This document shows positions 18,195 to 28,333 of a DNA stretch of 34,165 nt, piece after piece (position 1 is the stretch's first letter; each line of letters begins with the position of its first letter). The stretch lies in the NCBI GenBank assembly GCA_049322255.1, contig JBMORE010000020.1:1-34165 (forward strand), in the 5' to 3' direction. This stretch comes from Myxococcota bacterium. GTDB lineage: Bacteria > Myxococcota > Myxococcia > Myxococcales > Myxococcaceae. The notes under the pieces are model-generated. The model did not search any database. It saw only the letters and a program-made list of their open reading frames with translations, and was not told where the DNA came from. Made by a program: the position numbers and the translations under genes.

Positions 18195-21100
18195 TCAGGC
18201 CTCCTCGGCAGACGCCCGAACGGCCGGGGCGGGAACGAGGTGGGCGTCTGCGGCAGCCAGGGGCGCTTCGGCGAGGGGAGCTTGCTGCCGACTCTTGGAG
18301 GTGAACCGGTCGAGCCAGGTGTAGACCACCGGCACCACGAGCAGAGTGAGGAACGTCGAGGTGATGACGCCCCCAATCACTGCCACCGACATGGGGGCGC
18401 GAAACTCGCTGCCCTCGCTGGTGGAGATGGCCGTGGGCAGCATGCCCAGCACCATCGCCGCCGAGGTCATGAGAATCGGCCGCAAGCGGGTCGGTCCGGC
18501 GGTGAGCAGCGCTTGGGTCAACCCCAGCCCCCGCTGGCGCAGCTCGTGGGTGTAGTCGACCAGGAGGATGGCGTTCTTGGTCACCAGGCCCATGAGCAAG
18601 ATGATTCCAATCATCGCCGGCATCCCGATGGGTTGGTTCACCAGGAAAAGGAGCAGGAAGGCGCCCACCATCGCCAGGGGCAGCGCGAGCATGATGGTCA
18701 AGGGGTGAATGAACGATTCGAACTGCGAGGCGAGCACGAAGTAGATGAAGAGAATCGCCACCAGGAGCGCCATTCCCATGTTGGCGAAGGTTTCTTGCAT
18801 GCGCTGGGTGGCGCCTCCGTGGACGAACTCGATGCCTTGGGTTCCCTCGAGGGTGGCCAGCTTGGCCTCGATGTCCGCCACCGCATCGCCCAAGGAGCGG
18901 TCGGCGACGTTGGCGGTGAGAATGATTTGGCGCTGGCGATTCATGCGCTCGATGGTCGCCGGCCCGGTGGTGGGGGTGAGCGTGGCCACTTCCCCCAGCC
19001 GAACCAGCCTCGGGCCCATCGCCGCCATCGCCGCCAAAGGAGAGGAGCCGACAAGTGCGCCCAGACGGCGGCCGGTGGCGGGAACCGTCAGCTGGCTGAG
19101 CGCTTGTGCGTTGGGCAAGTCCTCGGGGTGGAGCTGAATGCGCACATCATGGTCGCGCTCGCCGTCGCGGAACTTGGCCACCACCTCGCCCTCCACGGCG
19201 AAGCGCACGGTTTGAGCCAAGACTCCCACCGAGACGCCCAGGTCGTTGGCCGCCGGGCGGTTGATGACGATGCTCGTCTCCTTCTTCCCGCCGCGGAAGC
19301 TCATGTCGGCGTCCTTGACGCCGCGCACGCTCTTCATCACCTCCAGCGCCTGGGTGGCCACCCGTTGTAGCTGGGCGTAGTCCTCCCCGCGTACGTTCAA
19401 GGTGATGGGCATCTCCACCGCCGGTCCGTCGATGAATTGGATGTCGGCGATGGTGACCAGAAGGCCCGGCTCGATTCCTTTGAGGCGCTGGCGCAAGTCC
19501 TCCTGAATCTGCATCTGCGTGGCCCGCCGTTCGTTCTTCTTGCTCGTGTACACCCGGATGGAGCTCTTGTTGGCCTCCTCGTTGGGCGCCAGGGCGGTGA
19601 AGAACCGGCGAACCTCGGGGTGCTGTCGCACGCGTTGCTCGACGGCCTGGGTCACCTCGGTGGTCTTGGCCAAAGAGGTGCCCGCGGGCAGCTCGAGAAG
19701 AATGCGGAACTCACCCCGGTCTTGGGGAGCGAAAAACTCCTTGCCCATGAGCGGGGTGAGCATGAGCGAGCCCAGAAACAGCGCCAGCGCCCCGAACACC
19801 ACGGTCTTCTTGCGCTGCAGCGCCCACTCGAGCAGCCCGCGGTAGTAGCGGTCGAGCGCTTCGAACGCGCGCAAGATGCTCCCCAGCAAGAAGGTGTGCC
19901 GCAGCCGCTCCTGGTGCCCGTGGGCAATCGGCTTCATCACCCGCGCGGACATCATCGGATCGAGGGTGAAGGAGATGAACAGCGAGACGAGCACCGCGGC
20001 GGCCACGGTGAGGCCGAACTGCCTGAACATGCGGCCGACCAGCCCGCCCATGAAGGCCACGGGAACGAAGACGGCGACGATGGTGAAGGTGGTGGCCATC
20101 ACCGCCAGGCCGATTTCGGAGGTGCCCTTGCGGGCGGCGGTGATGGGGTCTTCGCCCCGTTCCATGTGGCGAAAGATGTTCTCGCGCACCACCACCGCGT
20201 CGTCGATGAGCAGGCCGATGGCCAAGGAGATGGCGAGCAGGCTCATCATGTTGAAGGTGAAGCCCAGCCACCACATGACCAGGAAGGTGGTCACCACCGA
20301 GGTGGGTAGCGCCAACGCCGAGATGAGCGTCGAGCGCCAGTCGAGCATGAAGAGGAAGATGACCAGAATGGCCATCGCCCCTCCGAAGACGATGGCTTCG
20401 GTGACGTCGGCGACGTTCTGGCGAATGAACACCGACGCGTCGACGGCCTTGATGAGCTTCACATCCGGCGGCAGGCCCCCGGAGGCCTTCAAGCCGTCGA
20501 TGACCCGGTACACCGCGTCGCAGATGGCCACGGTGTTGCTGCCACCTTGCTTCTGAATCTCCAGCGTCACCGCTTCCTGACCGTCGAGGAGGTTGCGGCT
20601 GCGCACCTCCTTGAAGCCGTCGACCACCTCGGCGACGTCGGAGAGGTGGACCTGGGCGCCCTCCTGGGTAGTGGCGATGACCAGCCCGCGCAGCTCGTTC
20701 AGCGAGCGGTAGCGCGCCGCGGTCTTCACGTTCAGCTCCTGGGCGCCCTCGACCACCCGGCCGCCGGGCAGGTCGAAGCCCTCCGAGGTAATCTGCGAAG
20801 ACACCTGCGCCATCGACAGGCCCAGCTGCTCGAGCGCGCGGGCGCGGAAGTAGACGTGAATCTCCCGCTCCTGGCCTCCGCTCACTTTCACCGACGCCAC
20901 CCCGTTCACCGCCTCGAAGCGAGGTTTCAGGGTGTCCTCCACCCAGCGGCGCGTCTCCCCCGGGGAGCGGTTCGAGGCCACCGCATAGGTGAGGACGGGG
21001 ATGGCTGTGGGGTCGACCCGTTGTATGAGCGGGTCGTGCACGTCACGCGGGAGCTTCGCGCGAATGAGCGCAATCTTCTCCCGCACGTCCGAGGCGGCCG

Positions 21101-21407
21101 CCTTCACGTCGGCCTCGAGCTTGAACATGATGACCACCGTGGAGACCGAGTCGCGCGAGTAGCTGCGAACCTCCTCCACCCCGCTGGCCGACGCCACCGC
21201 TTCCTCGATGGGCTTGGTGACCAGCTGCTCCACCTCCTGCGGGCCGGCGCCCGGGTAGAGGGTGGTGACCGCGACGATGGGGAAGCTCACGTCGGGGAAG
21301 AGGTCGACACCGATGTTGCGCGTGGCCAACAGCCCCAGGGTCATCAGCCCCACGGTGACCATGGTGGTGAAGACCGGCCGCTTGATGGAGACGTCGGAGA
21401 GAAACAT
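18195..21407 (-). CDS. RND efflux permease (AcrB/MdtB-like)
   Basis: SIKRPVF, GLLIDDAVVVREN, GLVTKNAILLVD, RLRPILMT; 1070 aa. Confidence 0.96.
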   Translation of the reverse strand: MFLSDVSIKRPVFTTMVTVGLMTLGLLATRNIGVDLFPDVSFPIVAVTTLYPGAGPQEVEQLVTKPIEEAVASASGVEEVRSYSRDSVSTVVIMFKLEADVKAAASDVREKIALIRAKLPRDVHDPLIQRVDPTAIPVLTYAVASNRSPGETRRWVEDTLKPRFEAVNGVASVKVSGGQEREIHVYFRARALEQLGLSMAQVSSQITSEGFDLPGGRVVEGAQELNVKTAARYRSLNELRGLVIATTQEGAQVHLSDVAEVVDGFKEVRSRNLLDGQEAVTLEIQKQGGSNTVAICDAVYRVIDGLKASGGLPPDVKLIKAVDASVFIRQNVADVTEAIVFGGAMAILVIFLFMLDWRSTLISALALPTSVVTTFLVMWWLGFTFNMMSLLAISLAIGLLIDDAVVVRENIFRHMERGEDPITAARKGTSEIGLAVMATTFTIVAVFVPVAFMGGLVGRMFRQFGLTVAAAVLVSLFISFTLDPMMSARVMKPIAHGHQERLRHTFLLGSILRAFEALDRYYRGLLEWALQRKKTVVFGALALFLGSLMLTPLMGKEFFAPQDRGEFRILLELPAGTSLAKTTEVTQAVEQRVRQHPEVRRFFTALAPNEEANKSSIRVYTSKKNERRATQMQIQEDLRQRLKGIEPGLLVTIADIQFIDGPAVEMPITLNVRGEDYAQLQRVATQALEVMKSVRGVKDADMSFRGGKKETSIVINRPAANDLGVSVGVLAQTVRFAVEGEVVAKFRDGERDHDVRIQLHPEDLPNAQALSQLTVPATGRRLGALVGSSPLAAMAAMGPRLVRLGEVATLTPTTGPATIERMNRQRQIILTANVADRSLGDAVADIEAKLATLEGTQGIEFVHGGATQRMQETFANMGMALLVAILFIYFVLASQFESFIHPLTIMLALPLAMVGAFLLLFLVNQPIGMPAMIGIILLMGLVTKNAILLVDYTHELRQRGLGLTQALLTAGPTRLRPILMTSAAMVLGMLPTAISTSEGSEFRAPMSVAVIGGVITSTFLTLLVVPVVYTWLDRFTSKSRQQAPLAEAPLAAADAHLVPAPAVRASAEEA

Positions 21408-21408
21408 G

Positions 21409-22518
21409 TCAGCGACCCTCGGAGGGCTGGGCGGCTTTTTTCACCGAGATGCCCGGAGTGAGGTCACCCACGTGGCTGATGGCCACCTCGTCGCCCTCCG
21501 CCAAACCGGAAAGCACCTGGACGTGGCTCACATCTCGTGCGCCCAGGGTCAGCCTCACTTCTTCGACGGTGTCTCCTGTCACCCGAAACACCACGGGCCC
21601 CTTGGGTGTCTCCAGCACGGCTGGGCGAGGTGCGAGGAGCGCGTCTTTTTGATGACCGATGGTGATGACGGCGCGAGCGAACATGTGGGGCAAGAGCCGG
21701 CCCCCGGAGTTCTCCAGGGCAAGCTCGATGGCCGCGCGGCGAGTGGTGGCGTCGAGCGAGGGGGAGAGCACCGACAGCGTGCAGGGGAAACGCTCGGTGG
21801 GCAGCGCGTCGACGCTCACCACACAGTCCTGGCCCTTCTGCAGCCGCGCAAAGCCGGTGGGGTCGACCGAGCTGTCGAGCTTGAGCTGGGCGAGCTGCTG
21901 CACGGTGAAGAGCGGCGCCTGCGGTCCAACCATTGCTCCCACCTGGGCCGATTTCTTGGTCACCGTTCCGGAGATGGGCGACTCGACGCGGGCGTTCTCC
22001 ACCTGCTGCTGCGCCAGCGCCGCCGCTGCCTCGGCCGCGGTCGCCTGGGCGCGTGCCAGCGCGAGCTGGGTTTTCGCCCCGTCCAGCTGCACCTGAGGCG
22101 CCGAACCCACTTTGACCAGCGCCTCGGTGCGGTCGAAGGTGACTTGGGCTCCTGCCAGCCCAGCCTTGGCCACCTCGAGCTGCGCCTGCGCGGCCTTGGC
22201 CTGGAGCGCAATCTCCCGGTGCTCGATGGTGGCAAGGGTCGCGCCCGCCTTGACCAGGTCGCCCACCTGTACATGGGTTTTGGCGATTCGACCTCCGACC
22301 TTGGAGAAGACGTCGACCTCGTGGGCCGCCCGAATGGTTCCGGTGAGCTCGAGCTGCTCGGTCATCGGGCCACGCGACACGCGCGCGGTCTGAATGAGGA
22401 GCGTCTCGGCCGGTCGCTGTTCGACATGCGCGGCCGCGCTGCGTGCGCTGGCGATGCGCCAACCGACGGCGGCCAACAGGGCCAAGGCGGCAAGACTCCA
22501 GACGATGCGGGCTTTCAT
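21409..22518 (-). CDS. RND periplasmic adaptor (membrane fusion protein)
   Basis: N-terminal anchor, lipoyl-like motifs (VQVGDLVKAG; VESPISGTV), alpha-hairpin, LLPHMFARA. Confidence 0.94.
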   Translation of the reverse strand: MKARIVWSLAALALLAAVGWRIASARSAAAHVEQRPAETLLIQTARVSRGPMTEQLELTGTIRAAHEVDVFSKVGGRIAKTHVQVGDLVKAGATLATIEHREIALQAKAAQAQLEVAKAGLAGAQVTFDRTEALVKVGSAPQVQLDGAKTQLALARAQATAAEAAAALAQQQVENARVESPISGTVTKKSAQVGAMVGPQAPLFTVQQLAQLKLDSSVDPTGFARLQKGQDCVVSVDALPTERFPCTLSVLSPSLDATTRRAAIELALENSGGRLLPHMFARAVITIGHQKDALLAPRPAVLETPKGPVVFRVTGDTVEEVRLTLGARDVSHVQVLSGLAEGDEVAISHVGDLTPGISVKKAAQPSEGR

Positions 22519-23015
22519 GGTCGAAGGGTCCTTGGGGTCGAGGGGTTGGCGGCCAGACGTTCGAGCAGCTTGTGCATCACGCGTAGGAAGTCGGCGCGCT
22601 CGGGCGCTGCGAGCAAGGACATGAGACGTTCCAGCGCGGCGAGGAGGTGACGTTCCGTCACGCGCGCGACCTTCAGCCCCTGGGCGGTGAGCCTGACCCG
22701 AACCACTCGCCGGTCCTGGGTGTCGCGCTCGCGGGTCACGTGCTTTTTTCGCTCCAGCCGATCGACGACCCCGGTCATGGTTTTCTCGGTGATGCCCAGG
22801 CGCCGGGCGAGCTCGCTCATCGGCAACGGCCCGTCTGACCCGAGCCAGGCGAGGACGTGAACCTGGGCCGGGGTGAAGCCGGTCTTCTCGATGGCGCCGA
22901 GGAGCGGGTCACGCAAAGAACGCCGGCGGCCCATCGACTTGAGCAGCTCGTGAAGCTCGCGGGCGGCGGCACGCGGAGAGTCTTTGTGCGAGATAATCCG
23001 CATGACGGAATACAT
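22515..23015 (-). CDS. MarR-family transcriptional regulator
   Basis: MSELARRLGITEKTMTGVVDRLE...RDTQDRRVVRVRLT. Overlaps the MFP start. Start may be 23003 or 23015. Confidence 0.92.
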   Translation of the reverse strand: MYSVMRIISHKDSPRAAARELHELLKSMGRRRSLRDPLLGAIEKTGFTPAQVHVLAWLGSDGPLPMSELARRLGITEKTMTGVVDRLERKKHVTRERDTQDRRVVRVRLTAQGLKVARVTERHLLAALERLMSLLAAPERADFLRVMHKLLERLAANPSTPRTLRP

Positions 23016-23060
23016 GCATATCCGTGGAGCCGGAACGGATCAAGCGCCCTCTCTCCCGCC

Positions 23061-23148
23061 CCCCTCTCCCCATGGGAGAGGGCTGGGGTGAGGGGCGTAA
23101 GCTCCGGGAACGTTCCTTCACCCTTCCCCTCTCCCATTGGGAGAGGGA
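23061..23148. repeat. Inverted doublet of REP-like palindromes (23061-23095 and 23115-23148)
   Basis: cccctctccccatgggagagggctggggtgagggg and ccttcacccttcccctctcccattgggagaggga face each other. The second copy supplies the last codons and stop of the MFS gene. Confidence 0.85.
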
Positions 23149-24473
23149 AGGCGTGCGTCGCGGTCCGCCTCCTGCGCGGCGCGCTTGCCCGCGTCGACAT
23201 CCACCTTCATGAGGAGCAGCCCGCCGGCGACGAAGAAGAGCACCACCGAGAGCACCGCCGAGCGGCTGGAGCCGGTCAGGTACACGGTGGCGGCGAACAC
23301 CGCCGGCCCGAAGATGGCGGTCACCTTCTCGAACACCCCGAAGAAGGCGAAGAACTCGCTCGACTTGTGGCGCGGCACCATCGCGGCGAACAACGAACGT
23401 GAGAGGGCCTGGCTGCCGCCCTGCACCATCCCCACCAGCACGGCGAGGAGGAAGAAGTGGGTGGCGGTGCGCATGAAGTAGCCCACCGCGCTCACCCCTA
23501 CGTAGACGAGCAGCGAAAGGAAGATGGCGCGCTTGGCGCCGATGCGCTTGGCCAGCGCTCCGAAGGCGAAGGCGAAGGGCACGCCGATGATTTGGGTGAG
23601 GAGGAGCGCGGCGATGAGAGTGCCCTGGTCGATGCCCACCTCGGTGCCGTAGATGGTCGCCATGCGGATGATGGTGGCGATGCCATCGTTGTAGAGGAGG
23701 AACGCCGCCAGCAGGAGAAAGGCGTGGCGGAAGCTCTTGAGGGAGGTGAACGTCTCCCCGAGGCGGGTGAAGGCCACCTTGAGCGCGTTCTGTCCCGGGC
23801 GCTCGTCGGGCTCGAGCCTGCGCGGTGGCTCGTGCACGCGAAAGAGCAAGGGGAGGGAGAACATCACCCACCACACGCCCACGGTGAGGAAGGCCAGCCG
23901 CGCGCCCGCGTCGGCTCCGGAGAGGCCGAACCACTGCGGCTTTTGGATGAATGCCAGGTTGAGCGCCAAGAGCAAGCCGCCGCCCAAGTAGCCCAGCGCG
24001 TAGCCGGCGCTGGAAACGGTGTCGAGCTCCTCGTCCTTGGCCAAATGCGGCAGGAGGGCGTCGTAGAAGACGAAGCTTCCTCCCAGCCCCACGTTGCCCA
24101 CGATGAACAGCACCGCCCCCAAGAGCCAGTCGCCGCGGCTCACCAGGGCGAGGGCCGCCGCCGAGGCTGCTCCCATCCAGGCAAAGCCCAAGAGGAGCTT
24201 CTTCTTGACGCCCGCGTAGTCGGCCACGGCGCCCAGGAGTGGCGCGCTCACCGCCACCAACACCAAGGCGATGGTGCTGGCGGTGGCGAAGCGCGCGGTG
24301 GCCGTGCTCGAAGGCAAGTCGGCCGCTGCCACTTTGGCGAAGTAGATGGGAAAGACGGCGGAGATGACGGTGGTGACGAAGCCCGAGTTTGCCCAGTCGT
24401 AGAGCGCCCAGGCGCGAAGCTCCGGCCGCCCCAGTCCCCGGCGTGCCCAGAAACCAGTTGGCAGGTCGTCCAC
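23118..24473 (-). CDS. MFS transporter, UMF1/Atg22-like family
   Basis: AWALYDWANS, PLLGAVAD, VFYDALLP, YNDGI, GGSQALSRSLF, EFFAFF. Start placed at GTG 24473 and is uncertain. Confidence 0.92.
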   Translation of the reverse strand: MDDLPTGFWARRGLGRPELRAWALYDWANSGFVTTVISAVFPIYFAKVAAADLPSSTATARFATASTIALVLVAVSAPLLGAVADYAGVKKKLLLGFAWMGAASAAALALVSRGDWLLGAVLFIVGNVGLGGSFVFYDALLPHLAKDEELDTVSSAGYALGYLGGGLLLALNLAFIQKPQWFGLSGADAGARLAFLTVGVWWVMFSLPLLFRVHEPPRRLEPDERPGQNALKVAFTRLGETFTSLKSFRHAFLLLAAFLLYNDGIATIIRMATIYGTEVGIDQGTLIAALLLTQIIGVPFAFAFGALAKRIGAKRAIFLSLLVYVGVSAVGYFMRTATHFFLLAVLVGMVQGGSQALSRSLFAAMVPRHKSSEFFAFFGVFEKVTAIFGPAVFAATVYLTGSSRSAVLSVVLFFVAGGLLLMKVDVDAGKRAAQEADRDARLPSPNGRGEG

Positions 24474-24543
24474 TTCTCTTTCTTGCCTCCATCGTCGCGT
24501 GCCGCCGAGCAGGCATGAATCTACCTTTATTTGGAGGTTGCCC

Positions 24544-25104
24544 ATGCGGTCGTCAGCAGCGATGGCCGCGCTGCTCTTGGCGGCGGGCGCGGCGCGGGCC
24601 CAAGAGGGACCTGTTCGACTGCACGTCGAGCCAGGGTTCTCCTTTCAGCTCAATTCCCCCACGCGGAAAGTGGAGATAGGCGGCGGCGGGGCGCTCAAGC
24701 TGGAGCTTCCCGTATGGGGGACCAAGCGAGTCTCACCGCAGCTCGAGGTGTTCGGCCTCTTCTACGACCAGGCGCTGCTGCTCGACCAAGGCACCGCGCT
24801 GGGCGGAGGGGTCGGCGCGCGGGTGCGCCTCATCGACAGCGAATATTGGGTTCATTCCGGAGGGCGAGCCGGCGGGCAGGGCCACCTGTTCGGTAACCTC
24901 TGGTTCGACGCCCACCCCACTTGGTCGGCTGGGGGGCTGGGGTTTGGGTTCGATGCGGCGTTGGGCGCAGCGCTCAACGTGGCTCCGGGTTTTCAGGCAG
25001 GGCCGTTCGTGAAGTTCGCCCTCATCGACGGCGAGCCCAACATGCTCGGGGGCCTCACGTTCTCCTGGGTGAGTAAGGGCAAGCCTCCGCGTGCTGAGCG
25101 CTAA
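24544..25104 (+). CDS. Hypothetical exported protein, possibly a small outer-membrane beta-barrel
   Basis: GGAGG RBS, signal peptide ending ARA-Q, Gly/aromatic-rich alternating strands (GGGGALKLEL, GGGVGARVRL, GFDAALG, GGLTFSW). Confidence 0.65.
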   Translation: MRSSAAMAALLLAAGAARAQEGPVRLHVEPGFSFQLNSPTRKVEIGGGGALKLELPVWGTKRVSPQLEVFGLFYDQALLLDQGTALGGGVGARVRLIDSEYWVHSGGRAGGQGHLFGNLWFDAHPTWSAGGLGFGFDAALGAALNVAPGFQAGPFVKFALIDGEPNMLGGLTFSWVSKGKPPRAER

Positions 25105-25145
25105 AGCGCCCGCTTTCAGCCCCGCTCCAGGATAAAAGCAGCTCG

Positions 25146-26861
25146 ATGAAAACCTTCGAGGAAGTCGCCGCCTTCATCCGCCACAACGAGGTGGGGCGGC
25201 GGGCGGCCATTGATACCCCCTTCGGGCGCCGGCTCTTGTGCTACGCCGACCTCACCGCTACCGGGCGCTACTTGCACTTCGTCGAGGCATGGATTCGCCG
25301 AGTGCGCCCTTTCTACGCCAACAGCCACACCGCGGTGTCCTCCACCGGGCGCATCGTCACCGAGCTGCGCGAGGAGGCGAGGCGCGTGGTGCGGCGCGCG
25401 GTCAACGCCGGCCCCGACGATGTGGCGCTCTTCGTGGGCGCGGGCGCCACCGCGGCGGCGAACAAGCTGGTGGGCCTTCTGGGCTTCAAAATCTCCGAGC
25501 CGCTCGAGCGCGTCTACGGCCTCTCCCGGCACCTTCCTCCCTCCGAGCGGCCGGTGGTCTTCGTCGGGCCGTACGAGCATCACTCCAACGAGCTCCCCTG
25601 GCTGGAGTCGGTGGCCGAGGTGGTGGAAATCGCCCTCGACGCCGAGGGACGCATCGACCTCGCCGACTTGAAGCGGCAACTGGCCCGCTACGCCGAACGC
25701 CCGCTCAAGGTAGGCGCCTTCTCGGCGGCCTCCAACGTCACCGGGGTGCTCACCGACGTCCCCCAGGTGGCGCGGGTGCTGCACCAGGGCGGCGCGTATG
25801 CGGTGTTCGATTACGCGGCGGCCGGTCCGTACGTGCCCATCGACATGCACCCGGCCGACCCCGACGCGCGCCTCGACGCCCTCTTCCTCTCCACCCACAA
25901 GTTCATCGGCGGCCCCCAGGGCTCGGGGGTGCTGGTCGCCGCCAAGGAGCTCTTCCGTTCGCGCGTCCCCGAGCGGCCGGGCGGCGGCACGGTCGACTAC
26001 GTGGCGGCCTTCGAGAAAGTCTCGGTGGACTACGTCACCCGTCTGGAGGAGCGCGAAGAGGGCGGCACGCCGGCCATTGTGGGCGATTTGCGCGCGGGCA
26101 TCGGCTTTCTGGTGAAGGAGATGATTGGCCCCACGCGAATCCTCGAGCACGAGCAAGCAATTGCCCGCAAGGCGCTGGCGCGGCTGTCGCGCCACCCACG
26201 CATTCGCCTCTTGGGTCCGCTCGAGGTGCCCCGGCTGGCGATTCTCTCCTTCAACATCGAAGGGCTGCACCACGACTTGGTGAGCGTGTTGCTCGACCAC
26301 CTCTTCGGCATTCAAAACCGCGCCGGGTGCTCCTGCGCCGGCCCCTACGGGCACCGGTTGCTCGGCATTGACCGCGCCAAGAGCGAACGCTACCGCGCGC
26401 AAATCGCCAAAGGCATTTTGGGCATCAAGCCGGGCTGGGTGCGGCTGTCCTTGCCCTATTACGCCACCGAGGAAGACCTCGAGCTCATGCTCTCGGCGGT
26501 GGAATTCGTCGCTGACCACGGAGAGGCTTTCGTGCCCGCCTACCGCCTGGAGTGGATGACCGGAGTGTGGCGCCACATCGAGCGGCCGATGACCGACGTC
26601 AAGCCCATCGAGCTCACCGTGGAGGCGCTCGCCGAGGCGGCGCAGAGCTTCTCCGCCGGAGACCACGAGTCACCCATGGGCGAAGGCCAACTTCGCATCG
26701 AGCGGGCCCGCTACTTCGACGAAGCGCGCTCCGCAGCGGCCCAGTACCGCGCGCGCTGGAAGGCGGAATCGCCGCGGCTGAACCCGCCCTCTGGAAACCC
26801 GGAGGTCGACCAGCTCAGGTGGTTTCAGTTCGTTCACGCTGATCAGCCGCTGCTTCGATAG
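25146..26861 (+). CDS. Class V PLP-dependent enzyme (cysteine desulfurase-like) with C-terminal extension
   Basis: YADLTATG, EHHSN, SAASNVTG, DYAA, STHK (PLP lysine), GTPAI, RAGCSCAG. Confidence 0.92.
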   Translation: MKTFEEVAAFIRHNEVGRRAAIDTPFGRRLLCYADLTATGRYLHFVEAWIRRVRPFYANSHTAVSSTGRIVTELREEARRVVRRAVNAGPDDVALFVGAGATAAANKLVGLLGFKISEPLERVYGLSRHLPPSERPVVFVGPYEHHSNELPWLESVAEVVEIALDAEGRIDLADLKRQLARYAERPLKVGAFSAASNVTGVLTDVPQVARVLHQGGAYAVFDYAAAGPYVPIDMHPADPDARLDALFLSTHKFIGGPQGSGVLVAAKELFRSRVPERPGGGTVDYVAAFEKVSVDYVTRLEEREEGGTPAIVGDLRAGIGFLVKEMIGPTRILEHEQAIARKALARLSRHPRIRLLGPLEVPRLAILSFNIEGLHHDLVSVLLDHLFGIQNRAGCSCAGPYGHRLLGIDRAKSERYRAQIAKGILGIKPGWVRLSLPYYATEEDLELMLSAVEFVADHGEAFVPAYRLEWMTGVWRHIERPMTDVKPIELTVEALAEAAQSFSAGDHESPMGEGQLRIERARYFDEARSAAAQYRARWKAESPRLNPPSGNPEVDQLRWFQFVHADQPLLR

Positions 26862-26928
26862 GGCTGCGAAAGACGGTTAGTATCGCTGCCCGGTCGCCTG
26901 GAAATGGCGCTCGCAGCGGGAGGGCTCG

Positions 26929-28194
26929 ATGAAGGTCAAGTCTCCATACGGAAGCCGTGGGCAAATCGCCGCCCTCGTCCGCGGGCTGGAGGACGTGCAA
27001 GGGAACAAAGACGGCATCCCCAAGAACGAGCACCAGCCGGCGGGGTGGACGAGCAAGAAGGGTTGGGCGAATCGGCAGGCGATGCTCAATCGCCTCACGA
27101 CCGCTTTCGAGCCGGGGCTCTCGACCGCCGACGAAGAAAAGCGGCTCGCGGATTTTGTGAAGGCCAAGGAAAAGGCCTGGGGCGCGAAGGTCACCACCCT
27201 GTCCAAGGACGCGGTGCCCCACTTCGAAGCCTTCCGTGCAGAGAAGGCAATCGCCCTGGCGCGCTTCGACAGAAAACCGCAAGAGGTCACCGAAGGCTTC
27301 GTCCAGGCCAAGGGTTCGGTGGACGGGCAGCCCATCGAAGCGCGGGACATCTTCTGGCAGCGGTGGAAGCCCATCGGGAAACCCTCGGGCCAGGTGTACG
27401 TGGTGTCCCCCGGGTTTCAAGAGACCGGGCGCAACTTCTACGAGCAGATTCAGCTGCTCAACCAGCAAGGCCACGACGTCATCGTGATGGACCACCAGTG
27501 GGCGGGGTACTCCCAAGGAAAGAAGGGCGGCATCGACCGCGGCTTCGGGGTGGCGCGCGACGTGGCGGCGGTGGCGGCGATGGCCGAGCAGGTGGCGGCG
27601 AAGGAATACGGCAGAAGGCCGCAGCAAATCGTGCTCTTTGGCAACAGCATGGGCGGCGGGCCGGGCGCCATCGGTGCCTGGGTGCTCAACGCGGCGGGGA
27701 AGATTCGTCTCGACGGTCCGCAGATGCCCAAGGATGTCTCGGTCATCGCCCAGGCCCCCTTCCTCGAAATGACCGGCAGCGTGCTCAACAAGTCGCTGGG
27801 AGCGGTGGGCAAGGTGCCGGGGGTGAAAGACCTCCCGCTGCCCTCGGCGGGGGTGCCGGTGCTGACCACCGACCAAGCGGCGGCGGCGAAGCTCGCTCAC
27901 CACGTCGCGCTGGAGGACATCACCGCGCGACCGCAGGCGATGAACGCGTCGGCCGAAGACCTCGCCACCATTCAGAAGCTGCTCGACCAAGGCGTGCGGC
28001 CGGATGGTCGGCTGTATGTCATTCACGGTGATGCTGATCCCCTGGCGAACCCCAAGGCCGCGCAGGCGCTGGTGAAGAAGCTGGGAGGGCAGGCCAAGCT
28101 CGCGCTCATTCCGAGCAAGAACCACGTGCTCGAGGAGAGCCCCACCGAGCAGCGGCACCTGCTCGACGCCGCCAAGTGGCTCCACGGCCGGTAA
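26929..28194 (+). CDS. Alpha/beta hydrolase (lysophospholipase/Hydrolase_4-like) with N-terminal extension
   Basis: SPGFQE oxyanion region, DHQWAGYS, nucleophile elbow GNSMGG, HGDADP acid and NH histidine. GGAGG RBS upstream. Confidence 0.85.
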   Translation: MKVKSPYGSRGQIAALVRGLEDVQGNKDGIPKNEHQPAGWTSKKGWANRQAMLNRLTTAFEPGLSTADEEKRLADFVKAKEKAWGAKVTTLSKDAVPHFEAFRAEKAIALARFDRKPQEVTEGFVQAKGSVDGQPIEARDIFWQRWKPIGKPSGQVYVVSPGFQETGRNFYEQIQLLNQQGHDVIVMDHQWAGYSQGKKGGIDRGFGVARDVAAVAAMAEQVAAKEYGRRPQQIVLFGNSMGGGPGAIGAWVLNAAGKIRLDGPQMPKDVSVIAQAPFLEMTGSVLNKSLGAVGKVPGVKDLPLPSAGVPVLTTDQAAAAKLAHHVALEDITARPQAMNASAEDLATIQKLLDQGVRPDGRLYVIHGDADPLANPKAAQALVKKLGGQAKLALIPSKNHVLEESPTEQRHLLDAAKWLHGR

Positions 28195-28200
28195 ACACGA

Positions 28201-28233
28201 AGTTGCAATCGACTTGAGCCTCTGTTCAGTCGA
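28201..28233 (+). repeat. 33-bp direct repeat, copy 1, with a degenerate LexA-like box (TGAGC-N4-GTTCA)
   Basis: agttgcaatcgacttgagcctctgttcagtcga is 30/33 identical to 29612-29644. Confidence 0.9.
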
Positions 28234-28333
28234 CGGCTGGGGCCTCCCAAGGTCTCGCCCTGCCCGGCGCCAACGACACGCATCGATAACTGCTCAGCCC
28301 CTCGTCCACCTAGAATGAGCGTTTTGGGGTCGA

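Noticed and set aside
16834..23015. Efflux operon as a type I secretion system for the adjacent large surface proteins
   Set aside because: The inner-membrane component is RND rather than ABC, the regulator is MarR, and the surface proteins have Sec or lipoprotein signals.
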